A DNA stretch of 64,000 nt from assembly GCA_038087875.1 (NCBI GenBank), contig CM075994.1:2544001-2608000 (forward strand). The letters are read 5' to 3'. A program made the translations under genes and the position numbers. The notes below the pieces were generated by a model. It ran no database searches. It was not told the origin of the DNA and saw only the letters and a list, made by a program, of their open reading frames with translations. The DNA is from Malacoraja senta. Taxonomy: Eukaryota. This document shows, one piece after another, positions 62,441-64,000 of this stretch (within the stretch, counting starts at the first letter, position 1; each line of letters begins with the position of its first letter).

Positions 62441-62789
62441 CCCTCCCTCCCCTGCCAACTTTCAATCTGAAGAAGGATCCCAACCTGAAGTTCTCCAGAG
62501 ATGCTGCCTGACCCGCTGAGTTACTCCAGCACGTTATGTCTATCTCAGATCAGGCAGCATCAATGGAGAACATGGATTGGTGACATTTCAGATTTCGACT
62601 GAGTTACTCTAGCACTTTGTGTCCTTACTTTCCTTCTGTCCTTTTTAGTTTAGTTCCCATTCCTTGCTTTCTGTACTGCGTCCTATTTTAAAAGATGAAC
62701 ATTACATGCAGAAAATGCACAAAGTAAACACGGACGGTGGGGAAAATGCAAGTTCACGGAAGCCTCATCAACACCACGCTAATGTGAAG

Positions 62790-63260
62790 TTTTGTTCGCT
62801 GTCGGCGCTTTGCAGGCGGGCACTCGCGTCCTGCCCGGCGCATAAGAACAGAGCTAAGAACAGCGGTGGAAAGGACCAAGAACTGGCTGGCGACGGACTG
62901 AATGGCATGGCCCAGCCTGGCCCGGCCCTGCTGCCCAGACCTCGGGTCTCCAACACCACGCCTCACACACGGGCCGATCCAGTCGCCTGACCAAACGCTT
63001 GTGTGCGCGCGCCCCCAACCCGCGCTCGCTCGCTCGCTCCCGGGACGCTGCCCCCGACACTCACAGCTCCATGACAGCAGCGAATGTCCGGCCCCGCCAA
63101 CCGCCACCTCACAACCGCGCCCGCGCGTGACGTCAGGCGCGACGAGCCCGCGCTCGTCACCTGGCGGCGACAGCGCTTCAGGTGGACGGCTCGGCCCGGC
63201 CCGGCCCGGCCCTCAGGTAGGCAGGTGGTGCAGTGAGGCTGGTTGGTCGGAGCTAGTCAC
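62790..63260 (-). promoter_or_regulatory. CpG island and TMEM181 promoter, with CRE (TGACGTCA at 63128-63135)
   Basis: GC- and CpG-rich stretch around coding exon 1. Palindromic CRE about 55 nt upstream of the ATG. Confidence 0.8.
63065..63072 (-). CDS. TMEM181: TMEM181 coding exon 1 (ATG GAG CT)
   Basis: gtcATGGAGCT|gtgagt with good Kozak context and a perfect donor. Phase 2 joins exon 2 to give MELIAPMRLY, compared with recalled human MEPLAPMRLY. Confidence 0.85.
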
Positions 63261-63463
63261 TGTTACCGTCACTCCTATCTTTTATTAGCCAACTGTGAAC
63301 ATTACCCCATCACAAGCTAGAGAGCGGCCCTGACCTACCATCTACCTCATTGGAGACCCTTGGACTATCTTTAATTGGACTTTACTGGACTTTATCTTAC
63401 ACTAAACGTTAATCCCTTTATCCTGCATCTGTACGTTGTGCACAGGTGGATGGTAATCACGTA

Positions 63464-64000
63464 TAGGGAGGTTTCACGGCAGTCGGGTCACGACCCCATG
63501 ACCCGTACTGTTGCTACGCTACGCCAAATGGATTATACGCGATGAACTGCAGGCAAGCACTTACCATTGTTTCCAGCGTAGCGGGCCCGTTAAAACCCGC
63601 CGAAATGGTCAATTTTTGCGCTGTAAATAATTATGGAAATCGGGATAAGCGTGAGAGACATTTAGCCAACTTCAGAATTCAAAAAGTGAGGAGAAATGAC
63701 GGTAGATTGAAGCGAGAGCTGAAAGGAACAACAACAGCCAGAGTGCTTGGCGAACATTGGCCGTTTGCTCACTGCATTTCATCAACTAAGGCATTATTTG
63801 TGTTTTTTCTTGATTCCTTTGGCATCTAAAAAGTTTCAGAAGGGATAATCGCCCCTGGTTCTCGTGGGTTTTTACATACAAAAATAAAACGCCTCTGAAG
63901 CAAAATTTACAACCAGATTTACCACTTCTGAGACTTTTTAGATACCAAAGAAATTTAAAAAAATAATAATAATACCGTTAATGAAATGCAGCGAACAAAC
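63464..64000. mobile_element. Possible left end of another TAG-terminated DNA transposon
   Basis: A LINE 3'-UTR-like segment breaks off at gta|TAGGGAGG. A GGTCACGA motif near this end is shared with the 23833-25208 subterminal repeat. The other end is outside the window. Confidence 0.3.

Noticed and set aside
62664..63288. ORFs of 108-128 aa in the CpG island
   Set aside because: GC-rich stop-poor sequence. The supported coding part is the 8-nt start of TMEM181.

Overview
Vertebrate genomic DNA, most likely from a cartilaginous fish such as a skate or ray. That assignment is an inference from HE1/V-SINE-like SINEs, CR1, Rex1, fish-type L1 and Penelope-derived repeats. One host gene spans the window on the minus strand: TMEM181. 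I traced 13 coding exons by hand, from the ATG at 63072 in a CpG island down to 1609. All have GT-AG boundaries and consistent phases (1121 coding nt), and the 3' end lies off the left edge. The introns are dense with transposons. Intron 10 (5890-34368, about 28.5 kb) holds an L1-in-L1-in-CR1 nest, an ~11 kb head-to-tail array of non-autonomous Helitron-like units with stacked and bypassed 3' terminators (with a CR1 insertion and a 200-N gap), an Academ-like TIR element carrying a near-consensus CTCF motif, and a defective Gmr1-type Gypsy element (integrase before RT) inside a Rex1 LINE. Other introns hold a CR1 with a twin-priming-type 5' inversion, a Passport-like Tc1 transposon, a Penelope element split by an L1, and many short self-complementary Penelope-derived insertions with hammerhead-ribozyme-like cores. 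No tools were run; family names come from motif recognition.
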